Assembly: GCA_040954595.2 (NCBI GenBank)
Contig: CM082593.2
Location: 4,109,434-4,173,433, forward strand
Direction: 5' to 3'
DNA length: 64,000 nucleotides
DNA from: Balanoglossus misakiensis
Lineage: Eukaryota > Animalia > Hemichordata
Positions 35,201-48,800 of this stretch are shown piece by piece; position 1 is the stretch's first letter, and each line of letters starts with the position of its first letter. The notes beneath the pieces are model-generated. The model searched no databases. It was not told the origin of the DNA and was given only the letters and a program-made list of their open reading frames with translations. A program made the translations under genes and the position numbers.

Positions 35201-36831
35201 AAGAGCTCGGTCATCGTGTTACAACCGACACCAACACGACCGGCAGATCACCTTACGAATTGAAAACTGTAATATTTACACCAGGCTGAGGAAGTTTACC
35301 CTCTGTTTGCCGGCAACAGAAGTTTTTTTTTTTGGTGAAGCAGGAAATGGGCGGGAAATGAAAATCACCGAGGACAATATCCACAGAAATCGGAGTTTTA
35401 CAACAAAACCGTACACAACGGAAAACCATTGTTTGTTTGACAATTTAGTGGTTTCTCAAGAGAGTTATGTCTACATGTAAAGACAGCGCGACCTTGACAT
35501 ATTATTTGACTACAGGCTCCGGGACAAGATGAGGGATGCAGCTGCCAATATACAGAATGAGCTTTGTTCTTGTGCAAAGGTGGCACCAGACAAGCGGGGA
35601 CCCCTCTGGTTATAGCACCCTCATGTTCCCTTGGACAAAATAAATAAATAATCTGACCCTGGTCTAGGGGTCAAGTGTGTACATAATTCCATAGCAACTG
35701 GTAAATCTGTTTGTCTACTTTGATCTAGTCTACACATCGTCTTGTTGTCGAGTGGCTGAGAACACTCCTCACCTGGGCCCACGGAACACCACACAAAGAA
35801 ACACAAGAATTTTAAAGTGACATGATCGTACATAGATTGGACACTCGGGCTTTTAAGCTACATGGAGTTGTATATACACATATTTTGGTCTGTTACAGAG
35901 TACAAATTGACTACCTGGACAAACACCTTACGCTCATACACTGAGGATGGACTTTCGTGTATTACACATAATTCATATGAAAGAGGGGAAAACTATTTGT
36001 ACAGGGGGTAAAGGACACTGCTGTTGTAAAAAAAACAAGGTTATGACCGGCACAGTGGCAGAGAACAAAACACAGGCACTGAACAAAACACCAGAAGTTT
36101 GACAAAAGTGGAGGCCGGCCATCGCTGTCATCTACGAGTACAGTCGACAGACCCCACAGGAAACACAGCAAAAAGTACGACTTTGACAACACTACATTGC
36201 TTGAGAAACCCCAAAACAAAGACTACACAAATTTTGCTTGCATACATAGACTGCCATCTGCTTCCTGGCAAACAGTCAGCACTGTGTGACTGACGTTTCA
36301 TTTGCGGCAGATGCATATTGAGAGAGAAACCTTGACACATATAGTACAGAGAGTCACGACTCTAGCAAGGCCACCACAAGGAGTTGCAAGGAACAACAGA
36401 AAAAAAAACTGTACAGTACACACATGCTTTGCATTCTGAAATTACTAAGTTGGAAGAGTTGGATGAAAGAAAGGTGTGTTTTCATTTCAGTTCAGAAGAG
36501 TAAATCCTAAAATGAGCTGTAAAGAGAAACTGATTTGAAAACAGATTTTGTTTCTGTACATTCTGACATTGACACTGATGGTTTCAGCTGCGCGTGTGTT
36601 TACATGCCATTGACGGTGACCCTATTGATGAGGTCAGATTGGAGGTAGCTTGAGGTTTTATTGTTAGTTACGGTAGTTCTTAGAGTTCGAACAGCTCAGG
36701 CGGAAACGAAAATATAAAGCCAATGTTTTTTCTGAGCTTGCTGACAACTAGGAATCTCTATTACTAATTGTCGAGTTCTGTGCGCATATGAACAAATCAC
36801 TACTGTCATTATCAGTTCCGTGTTTTGCTCA

Positions 36832-39800
36832 TTAACGTTTACTAGCCATTTTCCGCGTTGCGTGGAAATCTATTTCTGCATATTCAACGTCGTCAGCGTC
36901 TTTTGCGGGTATCCTGTCGTTCTTCAGGGTGTTCAGTTCAATTTCTTTGCCTTTGGCGCTCCCGTCGACTCCGGCGTCTTGTAAGAGGATGGCAGTTTCG
37001 TGAATTGTCCACGGATTGCTGCAGTCCGGCATCGACAGAGTCCGGCTGTGGGAGATCTTCCGCCGGCGCTCCTGCGTCGACCCCAGACTGCACTGCTCCA
37101 CCAGGGTCTCCGAGCCCAGCATCACTTCCTCCAAGACGTCGCCCGTCGACGAGGCCTGCGACTTCCGGTCCGGCGTGTCTTGGGAAGCGGGCGACAAGAT
37201 ACTGGAGAGAACGTGTTCGAGCGTTTCCATGGATCCGACCGGAGACTGGGACCTCCGCTCGGCTAACGTTGGCAGTGTTGTTGTTGGTTTCACTTCATTC
37301 CCCTCCTCACAGACACCCCCCACTGCGCCCAGCAATTCAGTTTCCACATCCTTCTTCTCACTTCCCTTGTTATTATTATTCCCGTTCCGTCTCACAACTT
37401 CGTATTCACTCCCTGTCCGTGGTCGGTGGAAAATAGTATTCCTATACCTCTGCCGGTCGCTGCCTGGGTAATCAATAAAACTCTGAGAACGCTTCTCAAA
37501 TCGGTACAGTTGCCCGGAATTCGATGTTAATCCTGGAGACACCCTGGAATACATATCTGACGTCTCCGAGAGGCTGTATTTCCTGGGAAGACGCAGCGCA
37601 CCGACCGGAACCTTCTCCTTGGCCGACGAAGATCTCCTGGTTTTCTTAAAGCCCTTAAATCCCGACGATTTACTGCTGGATTCATCCGATGCCGAGGAAG
37701 ATTCCTTGTCTTTTGCAGACAACGACGACAGCTGGATGTTCTCCGCCTTCTCGGAAGATTTCTCTCCGTTGCCCTTTTTCTTGGATTTCCGCACCGATCC
37801 CTTTCCCTTCCCCTTTTGCCTCGCCTTCACACTTTCCGGGTCGGTTAGACTCCGCTTCCGTTGGTAAGTCTTGTCGTCTCCGTCTTTTCCCTTACTGCTA
37901 TCCTTGCCTTCCACGGTATCGGCTCCGGATGACGTGTTATTTTCCGTGGTGCTGGGTGATCCTGCCGCGCACGGTTCCGTGGTGCACCTTTTCCGCTTGT
38001 GGGACAAGAATGATTTCCGGGAACTCTTGCTTTCACTTGATCCTGAAATATAGAAACCGAACATTATTTACATGGAGTTCTTTTTATATTTAAAATCAGA
38101 TGTGATGTACAATGTGTAGAAAATGCTTACTTTGGCTGTGACCCGGCTTGGCTTCTTTGTTTTTAATTAATGAAAAATAAGAATGCATACTGGCAGTTTA
38201 TTGATAATTGTTGAAATTGTTGATGCTTCCTCATACATAATTATTCACAAAAAATTTGTCATGTAAATTCCATATGTTTCTTTCATGTAATCAGTTACTG
38301 TATGGAATTATACCTGACTTCACTGAACAAATGCCTGGCCACCCAGCCAAAACAGTGGCTCAAGAAAATCAGCCACTCTCATATTTCAAATCTCAAATTG
38401 GTATTTTTGAAGAGGAACGTTTATTGACCTATGAAAACAAGATTCCCAGCAATGTAAACACCTGAGACAACATACACATCATGACTGCCCACTCAACTTT
38501 TTCCGGAAACTGACAGGCACCCCCACACACACCGTGTGACCCAATTCACAGGCATCACAATCATGCATGACAACGTCAAAACAAACTGACAATGCACGGC
38601 CAGTAAATAAACTTCACAATGCATCAACAAACAACGGGCGGTGTGCAATCACTGCCGAAGATGTCACTTTTACAGGTGTAGCAACACTGAACGGGAGTGG
38701 CCCGCCCAGCCGAAAAATTATGGCCTTTTGGCCCGAAGGACAGGAAGAAGTCACTCATGGTGCCTATAGACAAACAACGGCTTTCCGGGCTACCTTTTCT
38801 TTCTGATAAGCTTCATGGGCAGCTGAGAATAAGTTATTGCATGGGCTTGCCAATGAACAGAGACAGTACATCCTCTCTCAGATCAGGCAGAGACGTTCAG
38901 GCTTCACACTCACACCTTGTGAAATTGTGGATGTAAAATAGACTTTATAAGTATTGAGATATGATCACTGTTTGGTTCCATATGAACTGCATCCCCTTGC
39001 TGATGGTTGTTGAAATTTTACTTTCTCAACAAAATAACCGTTTTAAGTCAATCTTTGAACAAAAAGATTCAACTCAGCTACCTTAATACATCAGCAGCAT
39101 TTAGGAGACTGATATGGGCCACTGTGAACTGAGAGGGTGTGACATGCTATTACAAGCTGGTACAGCTCTATGTATTAATAGTAGTTTGACTGAAAGAACT
39201 GGCACTTAATTGGGACTTAATTTATACCCCATGCCATTGTTGCAAAGTTGTAAAATCAGTTGAAACTTATTGTCCCTGTGCATAAATTATGTACAAATGT
39301 ATTGTACGTGAGAGTTAATTATAGCAGGGAAATATGGGTTAATGTGACTTGTGTACCACAGCCAGATTAGAACAACTGGATATTATTTGCCTTGACTAGA
39401 ATTCATTTGTCAACAATAACAATGGCCATTACACACATACATGTACAGGCTATATAAACAAGTGGGAACTGGGTATATTAGCATGCTGTTTGGCAAAGAG
39501 CAAGAAATTGCATTTGATATGCAGAACAAAAATACTAGGAATACCACCAAAAGTTACAGCTACACGTAATGTCAATTGAAATATACCAAGATTAATTGTA
39601 TCCAAAGAGGATTAAACAAGCCATGCATGTCCAATGACCCACTGTTGGTAATTAAGAACTAAAAATACAATATGGTACAAGCATTATCTCCAACCTCACA
39701 ACAACATCTTGTCTGTAACCACAACACTAATGGGTCCATTTAGAAATAATAACAACATCTTTTTTTCTCTACAATAAAGAAATTTACCCGTAGTTCCAAT

Positions 39801-42800
39801 AAATTCTACTTATACACAATATAATTTGCATTTGTCCTTGTACGCACTATGCTATATTTGTAACCCATCACTGGATACCAGTTAATGTCACCGCTGCTAG
39901 TAGTACATAATTGATGTGTTGTCAAAACAAATTAGGACCGTGTTCTATGTTTGTGTGTTTGTATGTGACCCAACAACACACACACACACACAGATTAGAA
40001 ATATGTAGCTCACCTCTTGTCAGAGTACTACCGCCATTACCATTACTACTGCCATCAGATCGCGGTGATGGAGACAACTCTGCCCGCTTGGTGTTCGGTA
40101 AGACAAGTTGGCTGTGATCGAACGGAACCGGCACGGCCACTTCCGTCTCCGTGATCTCCACTCCTTGCAACTTGCAAGTCACCGGCAACGGCTTGGGAAT
40201 GGGCTCCTCTGAACTCGGCGACGACGGCGGCGTCAGAAGTTTGCACGTCACGGGTAACGGACGCGGAACGCTGGAATCCAGTTTTATCGGCGACAGGGGC
40301 CGGGAATGACGCCGCATCGACACGCTTCCCGGAAATTCCACAACGGTGAAAATATCACTGTTCCTGCCGTTGAGTGATGATTGCTCCTTCACGCTCGTGA
40401 TGTGATTTCTGAAGTCTATGAATTTGGCTGAGCTGGACGGGACGTCGTAGTCCAGATGGTCTGCTCGCAGGTGCAATGGCAGCTCGTTCGGTCTCTGACT
40501 CGACGACTTCCCCGGTGCCATGTTTTCGTACTCCGCATCTCTTATCGGGCCGGAATTTGTCAGTGTTTCTATTTTCCGCTGGTTGCTGCTCTCCTTCTCC
40601 AACTTCTGTTTCAGTTCCAAATGTCTCGCCTGCACAATCTTACTGTTCGTTGGCAGGTTACGATAAGGAGTTGCCTTTTCTGCAGCTGGCATTAATCCTC
40701 CTTGGGAGGAAATTGCATGGCTACTCTTTGACTGCGGCAACATGAGTTCGTAGTCCACATCCCTGATTGGGGCACAAACCGGCTCGGAATTCTTCCGTAC
40801 GGGAGACGACAACGGCGCCATGAGTTCGTACTCGGCTTCTCGTATGAGAGCCCGCCCGTCCTCACTGTACACAATGGTGTGGTGCTGTCTTCCATCGATG
40901 TGCATTGCAGCAGTATCATATCCCTGTGGAAGGTGGCGCGACTGCCCATACGGCGTTTTCCCTTGATTTGTTCTGGTAGTATTTCCCACTGACTGCGAAT
41001 GTTGGCGTTTCTGAGGCGCCATCAGCTCGTAGTCCACATCGCGCACCAACGGCATATTATTCTGTCCAACGTCGGTCCTGGCGGGTAGCGTCCTACGCAT
41101 ATTCACGTTGGCATCATTCCGATCCCGCTGCGACACAAGCGGTGCCATCAACTCGTAATCCTCGTCTCGAATCGCCGTCGACACCCCCGGATTGCTTGTC
41201 CTCATTTGTGAACTACTCACATTCATTCCGGGCGAATGAAACTGACCACTGTTCCGCAGATTGTGTAAGTAAATGTCGCCGGAAGTAAAATTCCTCTGAT
41301 TCTGTCCACCGGTCGTCGGCCACCTGGAATTATTCAGACCCCACGGATCAAGATCCCTGGAAAGCACTGCAGTCCTACTATTAGCACCAGATGTAATAAC
41401 ATCGTTAATATTCAAATTTTGCGTCCTGTACGCTAGAGCTGTATAATCGTCAGATTTGTTGATTTCCGACACAACGCCGTAGTCCTCCAAGTGGCCACCG
41501 GAAAACCGTTCCTTGGGACTGGAATACGACGACTGTTTACTCACACCGGAGTGTTTACTCGTCTGTCTCATTTCATACTCCTCGGAAGTCCGGTGAATCC
41601 AGGAATCGTCGCGGGACGTTTTCCGGGAATCGCCGCCACAGTCACTGCCTGATTTATCCGTAAACACATCGTGTATATCCACTGTCTGATCGCTTCTCCG
41701 CTGCGAGCCGTCGTCGACGCTTTTTGTAAAGGAGTTCCGTTCACAATGCACAATATCTCTCTTTGTGAGTTCCTGCCTTTCGAATTTGTCCTCGGGTGGG
41801 GATTCCACAGTAATGGCACACTCGTTTGTGTACGTCAACAGAGGCTTATCTTCCATGTTGGTGTCTGTAGGTTGAGAAAAAAACGTATCACCCAAAATAC
41901 GCAAATCAAAAGAGCTAGTAGGCTGCCATTTTATTTTATTTTCAAAACTTGACAAACCGTATTATCATATATGCAACGCCTGTATTTACCACTTTCTCGC
42001 AGTGAAGATATTAGCCAACACTGCAGTGTAATATGATCATGGATTAACTGCCTTTGGTGTGAATATCTGGCACTCAAGGTGAAGTCTGGATGTATACAGA
42101 CATTGGCACTGACTGCTAACACTGACATAAAAGACTCACGAATAAACTAGTTCAAATGCTCTTTAAATACTGCTTGCACAATTCAGCAACATATGGAAAA
42201 CTCTCCCAGCCTAGGCATTCACCATATGTACTATTGTGTACCTGAACCTCAAAAATGAAATGTTCACATTGAGAAATCAGGAACTAATGGCTCAGTTTAA
42301 TTGCCTGGCTGTAGTATCACAATATTTATTTACCTGATTCAAAGGACTGCCTGATGGTGTTGACAGGAAAGTAATCATTCCTGACCACTGAATCTATGAT
42401 GTTTTTAATAAACTGTCCCTGATCAGTCAGAAGTACAAAAATACCAGCATCTGCAAAAGAAATAGATATGAAATGTATTTGAGTCAATGTGAGGATTTCT
42501 AGACATTTCTCTGAGTCAGTGCTAAACCTTTGCATGTAGCGTGGATAATTTTTTTTCAGTGACTATTTAATTTCACGTTTTTCTGGCTCTTGCGTAGTTC
42601 GCAAAAATTTATTGTTTGTTAAAATTTCCCGGTTTATCTTCACAGTGGCTGAGATATAGTTGGATAACAGGACGTATTATTCCATTGTTTCCCCACACAG
42701 TCGGAAAATCACACCACTTTATATTGTCTTTGACATAAACACCAACAATGACAAAGGTCGCCTCATATTTTGACAGAAAACACCACTGGGACCCTTGACT

Positions 42801-45800
42801 TGTGCAAGTCATCACGTAGAGCCAAATAAAACAATAGACCGAACCGGAGAGACTGAATTGATATCACTGTGTCGGGGTCATTCGAGGACAAGTGTGCAGT
42901 GAGTTCTGGTTAGCCGAAATCTGATTGGACCACCTAAGTAACTGAAAATGATCAGGTATGGCTGATTGGGTCCTGAAGATGGGACTACAGTATATTGTAT
43001 AGTTTGGTAACACAACAAGATGTTATACAGAATCGTTTTGTGCATTAAAAAAAATTAGAAATCATTCGCAGCCTTACTGGAAGCTACGATTGATTTTCAG
43101 TTTTTAGATCTCACCCACGATATCATCAATTATTGACAACCAAACGATTCAAGTAATTCCAATAACATGTCAACACCCTGCCACATTAGAAATGTTATCA
43201 GTACCAACCTTTGATCCCATCACCCCCATTTTATAGTAGATCAAACCAACTTTTCCCCCACACAGAACAAAGGAGTTGTACCAAACTTTAAAAGTTGAAG
43301 GGTGACAGAACACAATGATTTGAATATTTAACAAAAGCTTAACCCTTTCACCACCATGGTTCAGTCCAACTCCATTGTTCACAATGGTAATGCTGGACCT
43401 CTACACAGGGACATGGGGGTGAAAGGGTTATAAATAACACTCATCATAAGCCCAGTTTTTGTCACAGCTACTGGGTATGAATCTTATCAAAAATTTCAAA
43501 AAGTACTTACTTGAAAATGAACTTTTATTTGCTTCGAACGCAAAGCCCTCTTCAATATTGCCAAATCTTGAGATGTCTTTCAGATGCCAGGCTCCAAGAA
43601 GTTTCATTGGTACCGACGTCGTAATCGCCAGATGATTATGACAGAAATACATGGTTGCTGGACCAGGAGGTAGCTTGCCACGATTTGGAATACTTATTGT
43701 AAATTTATGGTCCGCCACTGAAGGACAAAAAGAGCATGTAGTTTCAAGTGTCAGGAAAGCACTTGTCAGTGATATTATTGTTACTGGCCCATGCTATCAA
43801 AATAAATTCTTCCGGTTTGCATTACTACAATTACATTGCCTATGTATGGTTTCCCAATGCACCTTGTATGGCATCACAAGTCTTTCACATCATGTAGAAT
43901 AAGGTACTGGCAGTTCAAATCTCTCACTGCATTTGTGTAGCAGTTGTAGTTTTTCAAATGTAATTTATATTTCAAAGATATAGGATTTGAACCAAGGTTT
44001 GATCACGAGATGTGCAACAACTGGAAGTCTTCAAGCCACCGGCCCACCAGTGAGGTTCTGCTTGAGGGGAAAATAATTGAAATATTCTCCAGGAATTTCA
44101 CCGGCGACTTTTCCTCATCTCAAAACCGGCCCTGCTAATTGCCACTTCTGGAATTCTTGCCCGCGTTTTTCCAAGCTGGAATTACTCAGTATTCCCGGTG
44201 GGTTTGTGCTATAATATCAACTTTGATGTGAACTCATCAAGGTTTTAATGACTTGTGTATTGCCGAGGAAACATAAACCACGCTTCTTAATATTGCGTTT
44301 TCACAAAAAAAGTGTAGAATAAACCGATAACCTCCAGGCCTTTAATTAAAGCCAAACAGCATGTCGGGCATCAGTTCTTACTTTCCATCTGAACTGTTTT
44401 TTCTTGCATATGTGTGCTGTTCTCAAGCACTTTGCCCAAAACAAATGTGATTTCAGAAACACTGAGTCAATTTTTCTGTGTGTGTACCAGTAATAGATGA
44501 TATTTCTGTAACAGGGATGTGTGTTTTTTTGTCCTTAGGGCAAACTGCTACTCAAGTACTTTGTTCATCAAGTATATCACCAATGCAAGATGATGCATGG
44601 ACACTATCTGTTGACCGAGGACATGTCCACAAATTCTCAACTTGGGTCAAACGGTCCCCCTTCGCTTTGTATCAGAGGACACTGTTGGCAGTCAGGGTCC
44701 ATTGAAACGCACTGAATAACACATTCTGTTTTTGTGTCATCCGCACAATTGTCTCATCTGTGCCATTGAAGCTGAGTTCATTCTGTCGCAGGAGTGGGAG
44801 CCCCCAACATGGTTTGTCTGCCAGCAACTGTTTGAATATTAGGTCATAGGCTTTATGCTGTTGTGCATGTGGTATACACAGTTAATTGCCACATGATACG
44901 CTACAAACTGCTAGGTTTGTCGATACCGACTCCACACGCCTTTCTATTACATTTCAGCATGGTTCACCTGCAGTTCACAGGACTGAATGTAACACACAGA
45001 CACACACAAGAAAACCTACAAGTATTTAGTTTAAAACACCTACACTCTAACGAAACTAAATTATCAAACGTTACGGTATTAACAGACTTTCAACAACATA
45101 CAAGTACTGAAATAACCTCTTTGGCACCACCACTTGGTCTTACCCAGCTGTTTTCAATGGTGAGGGTGGACTCAAGTATTAAGAAACAGGGGTGATGACT
45201 TTTTTCACCCCTGTAGTACGTAGCTACTAATCAAGGCAGATACCTCATCTGTAAACAGTCCAAAACACTGTAATATCTCATTAACTAATTACTTCACTGT
45301 ATTACAGAAAATTATGTAAGGGTATACCCAGGCATCAAAACAAGCTATGGGAGATGTCATTGCCCTGGCTTTTTCACCGATAACACACAACAACACGTGT
45401 CGCGACATTAATATGTATGAAATGTAGCCATATCACTGGACAGTAACTGAAGACCGTAACAGGCTTACATCACTGTATGTGATATGCAAATGAGGTGTTT
45501 GTTGGTAATTCTTTCATGAAATGGACCTCATCAAGTCAGCACTGTACCTATCATAACAAAACAAGTCCTGAAAGAGTCAGTTGTTTTGTTTTGTTTTGTT
45601 TTGTTTCACCTTTCTGTAGGGTGTGAACAGAATCTTCACATGCAGAGACACTATTTGGCAAACATCAAGTCAGTTCACCTTCTAGGTCCCAGCAATAAAC
45701 AATATTATCATCTACTTTGACGGGAGAGCATAATTACATGTGATATTTACCTTGTCCCAAAGACGATCGTATTTTATTTCCCCACTCCACCATTCGATCT

Positions 45801-48800
45801 CGTCGATCGAAAGCTAGAAGAATTATCCTCTGGAGTGAAATTATTGAAAGTACATTGGGGTGACGCTGAATTGTAAGACTGCATTCCATGCCACAGAAAT
45901 CGCTGTGTGATAGTGTGAAGGTATCTCTTGAATTGATGTCTCTAAATGTTGTAAAATCGTGGTAAAGTGAAATTATGACTTGATCTGAAATAGACAAGAA
46001 GAATATCGTACATGTTAGTTCACAATACCATTGCATAGGTTTTACATATGTTGGGGATTCCGGGAACTGGAAATGGTATAATATTCATATTTTAACCCAC
46101 ATACACTACACACACACATATACACACACTTTAATGGCAGTAGTTTGAGAAAACATTTATCAATGTTCCCAGCCCTTTTCTGAATATATTGGAAGGTTAC
46201 TGTAAATGATCACCAGAACAATTTATACTAATCCCAATTTAATATTAAGAAAACACTCAATCAAATGAAGTATGCAGTATACATTAGAGTGCCACACAGC
46301 ACATCTAGAAACTAATAGTGTTGTTTTTCTCTTTTTTGGGACTACAAAAACAAGCTGTTCTGTTTGCTTAACAATCTATAAATAGGGCGGCCAGCCACTT
46401 CAAAATAGGACTGATGTGATAACAAAATGGAGGGCTTTGGGAATGACAGGTACAGGTCAGACAAACAGATAAAATCAGCCAGGTTTGTAAAAATAACTGT
46501 AAACTGGCCTTTTATCAAACAAAATATGTTTATACCATTATTTTTTATTCAGCTGATCGCTAAATTTGTCTAACATCCATGTTTTGATGGACCTACAAAT
46601 GTCTACTTCAGATAAGATTATCCCATGATTTGATTAAGAGATAGAGGGAACTGGAATGAATGGGTTAAGAGAGTAATTTACTTTAGAGATGAGCAAATCT
46701 GAGGTAAGAAGTCTCAGTTTAGGGTAGCAAATACTATGTAACTAGTGAAAATGACTGATATCCCTAAAAATATTCTACAAGATCATAGGTTATTGATATC
46801 AGGCGTGTATGTCACCATATTTGACTATTTTCGTTTCATATCACAAGCTATTTGTAGCTCTCTCGTGACTGAAACGTGCTGCAATATGTCACGTGTAAAT
46901 ACACATGCTATAAAACTGTCAATATTTGACCTTGTACAGTGGTGCCGGAACTATATTGATTTTACTAGTGTGATATTAATTCATCTACCATAATGTCACC
47001 ACCTCTATTGATTAAAAAAAAAATCTTTCGAGCACAGCACCGTATTTCGGCAGTGACGGACGGCCAATAATTTGGCAAAGTTTGATAGTCAGAACGGCAC
47101 AAGTACATTGTACTGTAACCTCCTATACAACACAAACACTCCAGATAACATCGAAATGCAATGACTATAGATTTTGAGATTATCATCACCATAAAATTTT
47201 CGCCCCATGCTCTGCTGCCATTAGTAGTTGGCAACGTGCGCCTTCTGAGGTCTGTGATTGGACAAGCCATATTCATTGTTATGCAAATTAGCATAGGGTC
47301 AAAAGTCTGACATTTGCACAAAGCCAAATGTCACGGAAAGCAAATATTTTCATCAAATTTTTACTTCTCGAACAAACTATGTATGAGTAATGGCGCTACA
47401 TGTCACAGTTACTACACAAATCATACAAATGTCATAACCATGCGGTGACTGGTGACTGTCCGGCGCAAGTCGCACTTCATATTTTTGCGTACTTTTCATT
47501 TGTAAACGATATCAAGTTCAAATTCAGGCATGTTAGATAACGTTATCTTGTGGATTTTGGTTTCAGTGATAGCTCCTGCAGTTCACTCTAACCTTAATGC
47601 TTTGAGCAAGGCATAAACTAAGTAATAGCACTTCAACAGACTGTTAAAGAAAAAACTATTTAAAACAAGCGCACTCTAATTTTACGATATTGATGATGGT
47701 TGGTATCTACGCATGGACACCGAGAAATGATGGGAAAAACAGATCTCCAGTTTTCCATCAGAAAGACAAGCCACCAAACAAACTCAAGAATATTGGACTT
47801 TCCATAAACTGTCCAATTTGAAATATGCAAATAAGACGAACATTTTTGTTGCGATGAGCTCTTTTCACGAATCCCATATTACTTGTGTGCAGCACTGTAG
47901 GCTGGATCACTAACTATACTGGAATGCACCGGTCTTTGAAAACAGCGCACAAATACATCACTAATGTATCAGCTCATGTTTGGACTTTAATTGTTTATCT
48001 AGGCTTTAACTTATCACATTTATGCCATTTGTTTTCGGCTTGTCTCGATGAAAACTGGCCGCTGAGTTGTAACTCTAGCTTGTGCCATGATCTGCCGGCG
48101 TCAACCTCTGAAATGTCATTCAGTACAACGGGCAAACACATATAAATGCATCTGCTGTATTGGGATACAAATACAGGAATGTATTGTATTATGTATGTAT
48201 TAGAATGCTATAGGTTACTGCAGTACGTTTGTAGGTATACTATAATAATGAAGAATATTGATTAAGTGAGAATGAGGTTAGAGGCCAAAATTGACACAAA
48301 CAAACGTTCCCTTTAAGGTTTCGGAATGCAGTCAACAATACCGCTGAATGATAGCAACACAAAAAGTGATGGGGGAAACATTCTTTAGTTTTTAAAAGTA
48401 TTTCATTTGATAATTAATCTGACTGTGAGTGAGGAAATTTTAACAAAAATACATTTTCTGCCTCAAATCAATCCAGTCACAACCTGGTACAAGGCTACGA
48501 AAAAGCGACAGAATTGACCTTTGCATGACAAGTCTTGGCCACTGAGTCTATGACATATCAGTGTATTCCAGCAACAACTACACAAAGCTTTAGCTAGGTT
48601 TACCAGCAAAATTACTATACCGCCCTATCTCAAAACCTTATCTAAGTCAACCCACAGCTGTCAATGAAGTATGGGGGCTTTATTATTGATCCATCTAACC
48701 TGGTCAGCAAAGCCAATGAAGTGAATGCATCACTACTTGCAGGGTTGCCCTTTATACAGGTATGTTACATAAGCCATGTCTAAGCCAGGGGACTGAGAAA

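Noticed and set aside
36858-38093. Antisense ORFs up to 192 aa
   Set aside because: Shadows of the GC-rich last exon of the DOK7-like gene.
39922-41955. 677-aa ORF as a stand-alone gene
   Set aside because: It has a strong acceptor at 41865 and a donor at 40013 in matching phase, so it is internal exon 6 of the DOK7-like gene.
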